IMG/VR virus record: IMGVR_UViG_3300042503_001430
Location: 23,584-87,583 of that record
Length of the DNA stretch: 64,000 bases
Reading direction: 5' to 3' (one strand)
Source: a virus
Shown here piece by piece: positions 47,535 to 57,101 of the stretch. The position numbers and the translations under genes are program-made. Within the stretch, counting starts at the first letter, position 1, and each line of letters opens with the position of its first letter. The notes below the pieces were generated by a model. That model ran no database searches, was not told the origin of the DNA, and saw only the letters and a list, made by a program, of their open reading frames with translations.

Positions 47535-47745
47535 TATGCGAAGTGTTCTTGCGTTGATTATGATGATGACTCTCGTTTCTGGCTGTTCTGCGGTTAAGAG
47601 AAGTGTAGGTCAGGTATCGCACCAAGTTATTACGTGCACATCTGAGCTTGATTGTAAGACGAAGCTTTCAGAAGATTGCCCGAAGGGCGGCACATTGTAT
47701 GGTGTTCGTCAAGCTGTAGAAATCGAATATTCATGCAACCCCTAA
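47515..47745 (+). CDS. Small lipoprotein
   Basis: Lipobox LVSGC, four further Cys. Confidence 0.65.
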   Translation: MLLMENNMRSVLALIMMMTLVSGCSAVKRSVGQVSHQVITCTSELDCKTKLSEDCPKGGTLYGVRQAVEIEYSCNP

Positions 47746-47746
47746 T

Positions 47747-48319
47747 ATGCCAATACTTCGTTATCTCTACGAGAGATTTTTCAGAACGAAGTCGAAAGAA
47801 CCTTTAGACCTTAACAAATCTCAGGGTATTCTCATTCGACCTGATGGTAGTTGGATTGTGGCGCCACATAACACGCCGCAAGTCCAACACCATCCATATG
47901 CTCCGCAGAATCCTTATGGTGTGGGGTTGCCGCCTGTCCTGGGCAAAGACCTTAACTGGCTATCACAAGATAACAATCGACTTGATGTTTTGAATTTCCC
48001 ACCAACGTACTTTCCTCATGCACAAGAGCTGTACTCAAAGCTTGAGCAGTGTCTTGATCGTGACATCATCACCAGTTGTGTACACAAGCAGACACAGAAC
48101 AATATCTACATTCTTGCGATAGAGCTGCCATGTGGTCCTGATCACTGCGAAAACATGCGACGATTTAAGCAGTTCATCAAGGCGATGGAAGAGATGTACG
48201 ACTTCAAAGTGATTCAGCAAGAGCGAATAAATAGTTCTGTATGTAACGAACAATCATACTCGGTGGTGTTTGAGTATGACCCCAAAAATGACCTATTGAA
48301 GAACCTCAAAGGAGATTAG
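47747..48319 (+). CDS. Hypothetical; C-terminal half resembles the expanded ~80-aa family
   Basis: LYSKLEQC...II...AIEL...FIKAMEEMYDF. Confidence 0.55.
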   Translation: MPILRYLYERFFRTKSKEPLDLNKSQGILIRPDGSWIVAPHNTPQVQHHPYAPQNPYGVGLPPVLGKDLNWLSQDNNRLDVLNFPPTYFPHAQELYSKLEQCLDRDIITSCVHKQTQNNIYILAIELPCGPDHCENMRRFKQFIKAMEEMYDFKVIQQERINSSVCNEQSYSVVFEYDPKNDLLKNLKGD

Positions 48320-48320
48320 T

Positions 48321-48554
48321 ATGACAAGCAATATTGATATAGAACTCGACAACCTCAGACGTACAGAACAAATTAAGGATTGGAGCTCCTCTCTTGGATA
48401 TGGAGAAGCTGAATATACAATCGAATTCAAGCCAGAGAGCGTTCCAAACCTGAAGCTCTTAGCTAAGAAGCTTAACGAAAAGTACGGCGCTCGCCATTTT
48501 ACCAAACATAACGATAATGGCACAATCGCAGTAAGATTTGTGGTTACTCTTTAG
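48321..48554 (+). CDS. Expanded small-protein family member
   Basis: IDIELDNL...QI...TIEF...LAKKLNEKY. Confidence 0.65.
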   Translation: MTSNIDIELDNLRRTEQIKDWSSSLGYGEAEYTIEFKPESVPNLKLLAKKLNEKYGARHFTKHNDNGTIAVRFVVTL

Positions 48555-48594
48555 TTGACATAACAGAAAAAGCTGGTATTCTACCAGAAGAATC

Positions 48595-48879
48595 ATGCTC
48601 AAAAGCTCAAAAGAGAAATCTGTTGAGAAGCTAGAAAAGGAACTGTACGTAGCACACAAACGTGGTTACATTTTCAGATGCACACACATTTCTGAAATGA
48701 CCAGTTTCGGTGATTCGAGTGAGATTGTAGGGGTCGAGGTTCTGTTCTCTGATGACGTATCGATTGAATCAATACGAAAGATCAAGACGTACATAGAAAA
48801 GACCTACGATTTTGATGTTGATAATACAACATACATGGATCTCTCTAACGCAGTGAAGATCATTATTGTGAGGTACTGA
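48595..48879 (+). CDS. Expanded small-protein family member
   Basis: LEKELYVAHKRGYI...VEVLF...IKTYIEKTY; promoter TTGACA-16-TATTCT at 48555. Confidence 0.75.
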   Translation: MLKSSKEKSVEKLEKELYVAHKRGYIFRCTHISEMTSFGDSSEIVGVEVLFSDDVSIESIRKIKTYIEKTYDFDVDNTTYMDLSNAVKIIIVRY

Positions 48880-48880
48880 T

Positions 48881-49165
48881 ATGCAAACCGAAATATCAAC
48901 AGATGCGCTGTATTCAAGAGTGCGAGATTTTGAGCACGAATTGAAGCGTGTTCATGCAACTGGTCACATCATCAAAACCCTCAACATAAAAAAGTATGAC
49001 GACGATGGCTCTTCTATCAAGGGTGTTGAGCTTCTGGTTGACGCTCGTGTGTCCAAGAATCAGATCAAGCAGATTGTAGACTACATTAAGAAGGTTTACA
49101 GCTTCGATACGCTCTTTCACGCAAAAACACATTCTATCAAGATTTGGTACAAGAGCATCAAGTAA
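48881..49165 (+). CDS. Expanded small-protein family member
   Basis: FEHELKRVHATGHI...VELLV...IVDYIKKVY. Confidence 0.75.
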   Translation: MQTEISTDALYSRVRDFEHELKRVHATGHIIKTLNIKKYDDDGSSIKGVELLVDARVSKNQIKQIVDYIKKVYSFDTLFHAKTHSIKIWYKSIK

Positions 49166-49365
49166 TGGCAAAGATTTACTCCTTCGAGGAGTACAAGATC
49201 CGGCGATTAATCAGAGATAATCAAGAAGACCTCCTGTCAAAAATCGAGTTTTGTGATAAGAATGGGTATCTCTGGACTGATCATTACTCAATAAAGATGA
49301 TCGGTGACAGAATTGAAGAGTTGAAGAAAATGCTAGAGGACTTGAAAAATGAAAAACCTTCATGA
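49144..49365 (+). CDS. Hypothetical protein
   Basis: MAKIYSFEEYK... Confidence 0.55.
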   Translation: MVQEHQVMAKIYSFEEYKIRRLIRDNQEDLLSKIEFCDKNGYLWTDHYSIKMIGDRIEELKKMLEDLKNEKPS

Positions 49366-50626
49366 TGTAGCTTCGAAATACATTCTTGTTGACCACTTTG
49401 ACATGATCTATTCGATAGATTCGAGTAAAGGTAACTTCTTATACGACAAGAAGAATGATCGCATGTTACTCGATGCGTTCAGCTTCATAGCGAGCAACCC
49501 GATTGGTCATAACCACCCAAAGATGTCTGACCCCGACTTTGAGAGAAAGCTTCTCAGAGCAGCGAAGGTGAATCCATCTAACTCAGATATTCTCACCGAA
49601 GAGTATGTAGAGTTTCTTGAGACGTTCTTCGATATTGCAGTGCCTTCATACTTCAGAGACTCGTTCTTTATTGCCGGTGGGTGTCTTGCGGTAGAAAATG
49701 CTCTCAAGACTGCATTTGACTGGAAATACCGAAAGCTCAAAGAGCGTGGTATAATGGTAAATCCAAACCACATGAAGGTCATACACTTCAAGAACTCGTT
49801 TCATGGTCGTTCTGGGTATACCATGACGCTCACTAATACCGCAGACCCACGTAAGTATCAGTTCTTTCCTAAGTTTGAAAATTGGCCACGATTGTGTGCA
49901 CCTGCTGTTCATGAAAAATACACAGCACAAGAGCAAGCAGAGCGAGATCACCGATTCTATCTTAATGCTCTTGATGTTGCAGAGTGTCAGGGTCATGAGT
50001 GTGCTGCGATAATCATTGAGCCAATTCAGGGTGAAGGTGGTGATAACCATTTCACGAAACAGTTTCATCAGAACTTGAGAAAAATTGCTGATGAGAAAGA
50101 GATGTTGCTTATTTACGATGAGGTACAATCTGGCGTTGGTTTGACTGGTACAATGTGGGCACACCAACTCTACGATGTTCAACCCGACATCATCTCGTTC
50201 GGCAAGAAGATGCAAGTCTGTGGCATTCTGAGTGGTAACAGGGTGCGTGAAGTCAAAGACAACGTATTTGAAGAGAAGTCGAGAATCAACTCAACATGGG
50301 GCGGCAACCTGGTTGATTTTGTTCGCTCACAACGATACCTCGAAATCATACGAGAAGAAAACCTAGTCGAGAATTCTCGTGTTGTGGGTGACTATCTTCT
50401 CACCAAGATGAAAGGCCTGGGTGTACAAAACGCTCGTGGTGCTGGTTTGATGTGTGCATTTGATATGCCAGACGCACAGCAGCGTGATGACTTGGTGAAG
50501 CGATGCATACAAAATGGTCTGTTTGTTCTTGGATGTGGCACAAGAAGTGTTCGTGTGCGACCATCACTCACTTTTAGCACACAAGAATGTGACTTGATGA
50601 TAGATATTCTGAAGAAAAGCATGTAG
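49349..50626 (+). CDS. L-lysine 6-transaminase-like (class III PLP aminotransferase)
   Basis: FIASNPIGHNHP, AVENALKTAFDWK, FHGRSGYT, EPIQGEGGDNHF, DEVQSG, FGKK, SRINSTWGGN. Confidence 0.9.
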   Translation: MKNLHDVASKYILVDHFDMIYSIDSSKGNFLYDKKNDRMLLDAFSFIASNPIGHNHPKMSDPDFERKLLRAAKVNPSNSDILTEEYVEFLETFFDIAVPSYFRDSFFIAGGCLAVENALKTAFDWKYRKLKERGIMVNPNHMKVIHFKNSFHGRSGYTMTLTNTADPRKYQFFPKFENWPRLCAPAVHEKYTAQEQAERDHRFYLNALDVAECQGHECAAIIIEPIQGEGGDNHFTKQFHQNLRKIADEKEMLLIYDEVQSGVGLTGTMWAHQLYDVQPDIISFGKKMQVCGILSGNRVREVKDNVFEEKSRINSTWGGNLVDFVRSQRYLEIIREENLVENSRVVGDYLLTKMKGLGVQNARGAGLMCAFDMPDAQQRDDLVKRCIQNGLFVLGCGTRSVRVRPSLTFSTQECDLMIDILKKSM

Positions 50627-50629
50627 TGA

Positions 50630-50944
50630 ATGCAACAAAAGGTACTTGAGCTGTTTACAGAATTGCAGAGAGCACGAAAGCTGAAGTTCATTCAAGGTAT
50701 CGATTGCCTTGTGATGAACGATCATCCTATGCTCACTCGTGATACGAGTCTTTTTGCGATGTCTGACGTTTCAGTACCTCACCCCAATACAGTGAAAATG
50801 TATGTGAGGTTCGACCCTAGCGTTTCATATGGTCAAATACTTGACATCAAACGATATGTGGAGATCAAGTATGGATTCAAGTGCTCTCTTTGTGAATGGT
50901 CTATTCCCTCAAGATTGGACATAACAGTGAATATAAATATCTGA
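50630..50944 (+). CDS. Expanded small-protein family member
   Basis: LFTELQRARKLKFI...YVRF...IKRYVEIKY. Confidence 0.7.
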   Translation: MQQKVLELFTELQRARKLKFIQGIDCLVMNDHPMLTRDTSLFAMSDVSVPHPNTVKMYVRFDPSVSYGQILDIKRYVEIKYGFKCSLCEWSIPSRLDITVNINI

Positions 50945-50946
50945 CT

Positions 50947-51804
50947 ATGAAGAGCTTTTTAGAGTATTCACGTCAAATTGACGAGAAGCAAATTCAGTAC
51001 GGCAAGAACGCTAACTACGGACAGGTGGTGTTCTTTGCTGGCGGTGCTGCATCAGGTAAAGGCTTCGCAGTATCTAACTTCATCGACACAACCAAATTCA
51101 AAGTGTGGGACGTTGACGATCTGAAAATCAAGCTCACCAAGATGCCGAGCATGGTTGCTAAGTACCCTGGTATCGACAAGCTGAAGCTCAATAATCCAGA
51201 AGATGTTAGACAGCTACACCTCATAGCAAAAAACGAAGGCATACCAGAAAAGCAACTCAAAGCATGGATTGGTAACTTTCATTCACCCGATACTTTGCCG
51301 AACCTTCTGTTCGACATGACGTTCAAGAGCATAGAAAACGCATCGTTCATCATACCAGACCTCATCAAAGCTGGCTACAAACCACAAAACATTCACATCA
51401 CCTGGATTCTTGCAAACTACAACGTAGCTGTACAGAGAAACAGAATGAGAGAACGTGTGGTGCCAGATGACATTATGTTACTCACACACTCTGGCGCTGC
51501 GATGACGATGAAAGACATCTTGAGTGGTTCATTACCAAAAGAGATCAACGGCAGTTTTACGGTTGTTCTCAACAATCCAGAAGAAGTGTCGTTCTACACT
51601 CGAAGTGATGATGAAAAATCAAAAATAACGAAACCATCGAAATCCTCTGTCGTAAAAGACTTTACCTACATCACAGTAAAGAAAGCCGGTGCGCCTATGC
51701 AAACATGGCGAGAGATGCAATCACAAATTCGTGAAAAGATATTTTCATGGGTCATGAAGAATGCACCTCAATCTGATGAGGTTAAGGGTGCATATTCGTC
51801 TTGA
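50947..51804 (+). CDS. CTS-bearing P-loop kinase (AAA_33/zeta/PNK-like)
   Basis: MKSFLEYSRQIDE; AGGAASGKG, WDVD, LLFDMT, lid QRNRMRERVVP; late promoter TATAAATA at 50932. Confidence 0.75.
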   Translation: MKSFLEYSRQIDEKQIQYGKNANYGQVVFFAGGAASGKGFAVSNFIDTTKFKVWDVDDLKIKLTKMPSMVAKYPGIDKLKLNNPEDVRQLHLIAKNEGIPEKQLKAWIGNFHSPDTLPNLLFDMTFKSIENASFIIPDLIKAGYKPQNIHITWILANYNVAVQRNRMRERVVPDDIMLLTHSGAAMTMKDILSGSLPKEINGSFTVVLNNPEEVSFYTRSDDEKSKITKPSKSSVVKDFTYITVKKAGAPMQTWREMQSQIREKIFSWVMKNAPQSDEVKGAYSS

Positions 51805-52039
51805 ACAGCTTCAAAATCAACTAAGACAAGCGCAAGAGCTTGAGTACATCATACATCTCGAATTTCAGAGAAACTATGTCGTCGTGCACTTTGCACAGCA
51901 CGTGTTGTACAAGACCATTCATGAGTTAGTACGACACATAAACCTCTCATATAAAGATGTTGCGTGGGTGCCTAGTTCTCTATACCTAGTGAATCCAACA
52001 AAACGAATAACCATTCACTACAAACGAGATCACTCATGA
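51788..52039 (+). CDS. Expanded small-protein family member
   Basis: LQNQLRQAQELEYI...VVHF...LVRHINLSY; GTG start inferred. Confidence 0.65.
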   Translation: MHIRLEQLQNQLRQAQELEYIIHLEFQRNYVVVHFAQHVLYKTIHELVRHINLSYKDVAWVPSSLYLVNPTKRITIHYKRDHS

Positions 52040-52299
52040 GTAAAGAGCATGATCTCTGGCGAGAGATAGACGAAGCTGTGGTGAACGGATATGTCTACCA
52101 TCTCGAAGAGGTTTGTGAAACTCATGGCACCTCCCGCATCTGTAATTATGGAACAAAGATTTGGTTCAACGGCCGAGTGAATGCTGAACAGTGTCAAAAA
52201 ATTGCTCTGTACATTCGGCAGAAGTACGATCTGAAAGTGGATTATCACACAGAATTTTGTCTCGTTATTTGGCATTCCATGTCAAATCAGCCATCATAA
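52036..52299 (+). CDS. Expanded small-protein family member
   Basis: LWREIDEAVVNGYV...KIWF...IALYIRQKY. Confidence 0.7.
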   Translation: MSKEHDLWREIDEAVVNGYVYHLEEVCETHGTSRICNYGTKIWFNGRVNAEQCQKIALYIRQKYDLKVDYHTEFCLVIWHSMSNQPS

Positions 52300-52351
52300 A
52301 AATCGAATAAAAAATTGCATCCACATTATTTTCTGATACCATTTTCGAAGT

Positions 52352-52771
52352 ATGTCAAGCTTCGATAAACTCTTAGGTATAGAACCACAACTCGACGCAG
52401 AGAAGCGTGAACGTGCACCGTCACCGAATGCTTCTCTCTATCGAAGAAAGTACCTACGAGCGAAAAAGAGAAACCCGATTAGTCTGCTGTTCAAAAATGC
52501 AAAACGCAGAGCACGAGAAAAGGGTCTTGAATTTTCAATAACGAAAGATGATGTGCCTATGCCGAAGGTGTGTCCGATTCTTGGTATTCCTCTGTTTTCT
52601 GCTGAGGGGTATGCGAAAGACAACTCACCTTCTATCGACAGAATAGACAGCACGAAGGGGTACGTGCCTGGTAATGTGATGATCATTTCGTTCAGAGCAA
52701 ACACACTCAAGAACGATGCAACACGAGATGAGCTACAGCGAGTTTTAGACTTCTTATGCAAAACAACATAG
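52352..52771 (+). CDS. HNH-like (His-Me finger) endonuclease
   Basis: AKRRA, CPILGIPL, SIDRIDSTKGYVPGNV.IISFRAN. Confidence 0.8.
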   Translation: MSSFDKLLGIEPQLDAEKRERAPSPNASLYRRKYLRAKKRNPISLLFKNAKRRAREKGLEFSITKDDVPMPKVCPILGIPLFSAEGYAKDNSPSIDRIDSTKGYVPGNVMIISFRANTLKNDATRDELQRVLDFLCKTT

Positions 52772-53019
52772 AACACGAAACCAACCACTTTCATTCACTA
52801 ATACTTGAGCTTCAAGAAGCGAAGCGTCTTGGTCACATCTTTCAGATTCAATTTCTCTCTCATGACTTATTGGTGCTGATGAATAGCGACACCACGACTG
52901 CAAAAATAACCGAGGTTGCCGATTACATTAGCAAGAAGTATCGCATCTACACCGAAGCATCTATCAGCGCAAAGACCATCACGATATTTGATGTTTACAT
53001 GCTCGATCCAAAAGTATGA
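52756..53019 (+). CDS. Expanded small-protein family member
   Basis: LILELQEAKRLGHI...LVLM...VADYISKKY. Confidence 0.7.
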   Translation: MQNNIEHETNHFHSLILELQEAKRLGHIFQIQFLSHDLLVLMNSDTTTAKITEVADYISKKYRIYTEASISAKTITIFDVYMLDPKV

Positions 53020-53273
53020 GAGATTTAACAGACCTAAAGTTTGCCCTACAAAAAGCAGCAGAGATGACTCTGATCGACAATTTTTCGGTTCAGATGCACT
53101 ACCTCGACATTGACTTTCATTTAGGACACGAAAATCGCACACCCAGTTCTGTAGATAGAATTCTGATTCTTCGTGATTTCATCAGAATGAACTATCGAGA
53201 AGTTGTCGCTGCGGATTACATGCCTTTACTCAACCGATTGAGATTGTATGGAAATTTCCAACGAATTAAGTGA
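53016..53273 (+). CDS. Expanded small-protein family member
   Basis: LKFALQKAAEMTLI...DIDF...LRDFIRMNY. Confidence 0.7.
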   Translation: MRDLTDLKFALQKAAEMTLIDNFSVQMHYLDIDFHLGHENRTPSSVDRILILRDFIRMNYREVVAADYMPLLNRLRLYGNFQRIK

Positions 53274-53490
53274 ACTCACAACAGAGCTTGAGAAAGCATA
53301 CTCACGAGGATTGATAGTTTACTACAGTCTAAATAGGTGTGTAATCGACGCCAACATTGAGTATGTCGATTTGCACATAACACTATGCAGTCGTGATTTT
53401 AATCGAGAAGAGCCGTTGAGAAAGTACCTGCGAGATAGGTACGGAACCTTGGTTCGCTCAATATTGATAGAACCCCACACAAGAAACTGA
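53248..53490 (+). CDS. Expanded small-protein family member
   Basis: LTTELEKAYSRGLI...HITL...LRKYLRDRY. Confidence 0.7.
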   Translation: MEISNELSELTTELEKAYSRGLIVYYSLNRCVIDANIEYVDLHITLCSRDFNREEPLRKYLRDRYGTLVRSILIEPHTRN

Positions 53491-53502
53491 CAGGGCACAC
53501 AC

Positions 53503-53883
53503 ATGACAACAAAAGAGAAGGTACAGAAGCTGGTTTACGTACATGACCTTTCTAAGATGAAGATTGAAGCTCGATTGCCAGAGATGGTGCGAGATGTTGA
53601 GCTTGATGACGTTACGTTGAAGGTGAATATGCCATCGCACGAAGAACGTGCAGCGTCTATTGCTTGGGATGCTTGCTACATTCAGTATCTCAATAGCAAT
53701 CCAAGCGGAACCCTCGAAGATTTTGATGCGAACCTCAACATGGTTGCATACGAGCAGATTACCAGAGATGTGCAGAGCAAGATTCCACAAGAAGTAGACT
53801 TGAATGAATTGCGTGAAATTCACCGTGTTCAATTCTTGAACTTGACCAGAGTTGATTTGAAGCGACAGATTGACAATGAGTAG
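53503..53883 (+). CDS. Hypothetical protein, paralogue of 61965-62342
   Basis: KVQKLVY.HD...YL..NP.GTLEDF. Confidence 0.7.
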   Translation: MTTKEKVQKLVYVHDLSKMKIEARLPEMVRDVELDDVTLKVNMPSHEERAASIAWDACYIQYLNSNPSGTLEDFDANLNMVAYEQITRDVQSKIPQEVDLNELREIHRVQFLNLTRVDLKRQIDNE

Positions 53884-53888
53884 CACCC

Positions 53889-54122
53889 ATGCGGTCGTTT
53901 ACGCATCTTGAACTTCAGCTTGTTCTGGCAAAAAAGTGTAAACTCATCAAAGACTTTGAGTACATAAAGAATCGTGACTTCATTCTTGTGAGGTTCTTGT
54001 CTGCTACGACACAAGAACAGAAGTATGAGTTGCGAGAGCATATTCGACAAGCATATCGAGACGTTATAAGTGTTACTCTGACACCACACGACAACGCACT
54101 GTACATACGTTACTCTTCATAA
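53889..54122 (+). CDS. Expanded small-protein family member
   Basis: LELQLVLAKKCKLI...LVRF...LREHIRQAY. Confidence 0.7.
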   Translation: MRSFTHLELQLVLAKKCKLIKDFEYIKNRDFILVRFLSATTQEQKYELREHIRQAYRDVISVTLTPHDNALYIRYSS

Positions 54123-54130
54123 ATATCTGT

Positions 54131-54997
54131 ATGAAATCGTTCAAAGAGTTTCTTACAGAAGCACTTATTGATGTTGATGCGTCAGATATTAATCTGATCT
54201 ACGCACCTATGGCAAAGCCTATGCGAGAACTTGCAGAGGTTTGGAAACGTCATTTCAAAGACCTCACAAGCAGCGACCTAGACCTTCGGAATCTTGCACA
54301 AACCCGATTACAACGTGAACTGAATGAGGTGCGAAAGAAGTATCAGCCCGTGTTTGGTCCACTGAAAGTGATTGACTCATCGAAACTCAAGTCAGAGAAC
54401 GCAAAGAAAGCACATGCAATAAACCCAGTGAAGATCAATGTGTACTTAATTGGTACACCGAGCATGTCAAATTCATACAACGTACAGCACAAGGAGATTA
54501 ACATCTGTTTGCCGTATGGTGTTGCAGAAGCGATGATGGATCGTATCAACACTGTACCTCAGTATCAGTTACCGATGCTACAGAACGAAGTATCGATGTT
54601 GAAGCACAAGACAACCATTCGTCATGAACTCACCCACTGGATAGACGATTCACTTCACAACCTGTACCTGACAAAAGCACTGTTTCGTGCTCACGAACTG
54701 GTAAAAGTAGACAAAGAAGGTGCGGTAAAATACTACAATGATGCTGTGAAGCATGGGTTCGATGACATTTACCTATCGCCCGTAGAAGTCACGCCGATGG
54801 TGAATCAGATAGCAGAACTGAAGCGACGACTTGGCAACAAAAAATACGACAACCTCACCTGGGCACAGGTCATGATACTTTTACCTTCGCTCGATTCATT
54901 GAATAGAAAACACGGCGCAGCATGGCGCAAAATCATGTTCACTCGACTTGCTAGAGAAAACCTCATAGGTAAAAAGTTCAGAGATCAGTTGTCGTGA
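54131..54997 (+). CDS. CTS-bearing HEXXH protein, related to 5493-6476
   Basis: MKSFKEFLTEA; HELTHWIDD, YLSPVE; late promoter at 54119. Confidence 0.65.
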   Translation: MKSFKEFLTEALIDVDASDINLIYAPMAKPMRELAEVWKRHFKDLTSSDLDLRNLAQTRLQRELNEVRKKYQPVFGPLKVIDSSKLKSENAKKAHAINPVKINVYLIGTPSMSNSYNVQHKEINICLPYGVAEAMMDRINTVPQYQLPMLQNEVSMLKHKTTIRHELTHWIDDSLHNLYLTKALFRAHELVKVDKEGAVKYYNDAVKHGFDDIYLSPVEVTPMVNQIAELKRRLGNKKYDNLTWAQVMILLPSLDSLNRKHGAAWRKIMFTRLARENLIGKKFRDQLS

Positions 54998-55308
54998 GCA
55001 TCGAGCCACCACCACAATCAAAACCAAAAAAGCAATTAAGTGACCTCGAAACTGAGTGTCGAAATGCATATCGCCACGGGCTGATAGAAGAGTATGCTTG
55101 TAACCCATACCTTGCGAAGCCGTATATATTCATACGGTTTCATAAGCTCACCGAACAATCAACAAAGGTTGATTTGGTTGAGTACATCAAAGCAACTTAT
55201 CATGTGAAAGAGATTGAATTCGTCGCTGACGGCAGTGCGCTCTACATCGTATATGATTACTGGTCACGATACGAAGACCACAACGACAACGACGGCGAGA
55301 TTGATTGA
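54994..55308 (+). CDS. Expanded small-protein family member
   Basis: LETECRNAYRHGLI...FIRF...LVEYIKATY. Confidence 0.7.
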   Translation: MSIEPPPQSKPKKQLSDLETECRNAYRHGLIEEYACNPYLAKPYIFIRFHKLTEQSTKVDLVEYIKATYHVKEIEFVADGSALYIVYDYWSRYEDHNDNDGEID

Positions 55309-55328
55309 CACAAGCTCATCAGTGAGCT

Positions 55329-55583
55329 ATGGTCTCTCACATGAGCAACTACGTTGAAAAAGCAATCGCTATCGAAGTCGCACTTTTACTCAATGCTTCA
55401 GGTCAAGATCGAACATTCATAGTCGAGTTAATCAATGAAGCCTATGGTAGTAAACACATACTGCGGCTTGACCTACTAGGACACCAACTCAAGTTTCTCA
55501 CACTCGCAAAAGCAAAAGAGAGACAAGAAGACATCTCACACTTCATGACGTGCTTACGTTTGGAGTGTATAAGTTTGCGATAA
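55329..55583 (+). CDS. Hypothetical protein
   Basis: ORF after TTGACA at 55304. Confidence 0.5.
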   Translation: MVSHMSNYVEKAIAIEVALLLNASGQDRTFIVELINEAYGSKHILRLDLLGHQLKFLTLAKAKERQEDISHFMTCLRLECISLR

Positions 55584-55651
55584 GTCGTTGGTTCCATATC
55601 CAAGAAAAAACACCTTCGACCAGAGGGTGTTTTGTGCTATACTGAAGGTGT

Positions 55652-56005
55652 ATGGAATCAACGTATTTGGAAATAGCTGGCATAGCACTCTTTTTGCTGT
55701 TGTTCTCACGGCGAATATTTGACTTGTCTTTGAGCATCTTCATCACATCATCAACCCTGATGGTGTCGCTGCTTGCTATCTCTATCAGTGCGCTCATTCT
55801 CGCAATTACCGCAGTGCCTGTGTTCTTGATGGGGTGTAAGATTGCAGAGAACGTCTATACACAATCAACCATACCACACGGCGTCATAGCTGTCTGTGGC
55901 ATGAAAGTTCGAGCACCGAAGATAGTTCACTCTCGTAGTGTTGAGTTTCGTCAATCACGAGAGTGGCCACATGTAGCACCAACATCAGCACCAGGTAAAT
56001 ACTAA
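55652..56005 (+). CDS. Membrane protein
   Basis: Two hydrophobic segments; TATACT at 55638. Confidence 0.6.
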   Translation: MESTYLEIAGIALFLLLFSRRIFDLSLSIFITSSTLMVSLLAISISALILAITAVPVFLMGCKIAENVYTQSTIPHGVIAVCGMKVRAPKIVHSRSVEFRQSREWPHVAPTSAPGKY

Positions 56006-56006
56006 G

Positions 56007-56564
56007 ATGGTACGAGGACTTTTTCGAAACATCGTCGCATACGTAGCATACCGAACTACCAAGAGGTATAACACACTGAAGCTACCTTCGCTTCCGCCTA
56101 GCTACTGGGACAAAGACGAAATAATGCTTCATGCTGTCATGACACTGGTTGTCGATTTCGTCGAGATTGAGTGTTCATTCATGGAGCTTGACTCACCCTT
56201 CTCGTTCAAAGAGAAATTATGGTTGCGTCTGCCGTGGTTCTTGAGAAGTGATAACTTGATTCGTTCAAGAGAGCGTGGTCTCAAGCATCTCAAATCTCTG
56301 ATCTCGATGTATGAAGACGGCATGAAAGATTCATCTGGACACCCACGAATAATTCGAGATGCATACTTGTGGTGGAAAGACATCAGACCACAAACAGTGA
56401 AATCTGTAGAAATGCTCAATCAGAAACTACAACTAGATGATTGTGACGCAGAAGAAGTCAAAGCTGCATTTGACATAATACAAAAGAAAGAAAAAGAGAT
56501 TGAGCATCAAGACACAAAAATGCTGAAGAAAGTTATAGAAGCTCGCACCTTTATGTGGACATAA
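56007..56564 (+). CDS. Conserved phage hypothetical protein
   Basis: YWDKDEIMLHA...LVDFVEIE...YLWWK..RP...DTKML...R.FMWT. Confidence 0.75.
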   Translation: MVRGLFRNIVAYVAYRTTKRYNTLKLPSLPPSYWDKDEIMLHAVMTLVVDFVEIECSFMELDSPFSFKEKLWLRLPWFLRSDNLIRSRERGLKHLKSLISMYEDGMKDSSGHPRIIRDAYLWWKDIRPQTVKSVEMLNQKLQLDDCDAEEVKAAFDIIQKKEKEIEHQDTKMLKKVIEARTFMWT

Positions 56565-56821
56565 CTATGAGAACCAAGTCGCAAGAAATCTTAGAACAAC
56601 TCAGAGAAGCTGAATCGCAAGGGTTGGTGAAGAAGGTGTTTGTACACCCCAAGAAATCATCGACCGATTTTCTCGTCACGTTTTTAGAATCTACCGACAT
56701 TGTGACGAGAGAACGCCTGGTACACTTGTTTCGAACCAAGTACCTCTCTCATGCTCAGTTGGCAACACCATACAAAGATCGTCTTCTTGTGTGCGTCAAA
56801 GATGCAATCGTTAGTGCATGA
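56555..56821 (+). CDS. Expanded small-protein family member
   Basis: ILEQLREAESQGLV...LVTF...LVHLFRTKY. Confidence 0.7.
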   Translation: MDITMRTKSQEILEQLREAESQGLVKKVFVHPKKSSTDFLVTFLESTDIVTRERLVHLFRTKYLSHAQLATPYKDRLLVCVKDAIVSA

Positions 56822-57084
56822 AGAAGCGCATACCTGATCTCATAGAAGAACTCATACGAGCACGAGAGACGTATAATGACTATGTGTTTGCAGTAAAGCA
56901 CACAAAGTACAGTCAACCTCTTTTGTGTATAACTGATGAGGTTCAGTTTCGCATTACAGCTAATGTCACCGAGCAGCAAATACGACAGATCATCAAGTAC
57001 ATTCGCAATTCTTATGAAAATATCTATTCGGTTCAATGTAATAGAGACTACTCAATGATTGTAGCTCTGTTTGCTGAAAAGTAG
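56818..57084 (+). CDS. Expanded small-protein family member
   Basis: LIEELIRARE...QFRI...IIKYIRNSY. Confidence 0.7.
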   Translation: MKKRIPDLIEELIRARETYNDYVFAVKHTKYSQPLLCITDEVQFRITANVTEQQIRQIIKYIRNSYENIYSVQCNRDYSMIVALFAEK

Positions 57085-57101
57085 CTTCATAAATAGCACG
57101 T

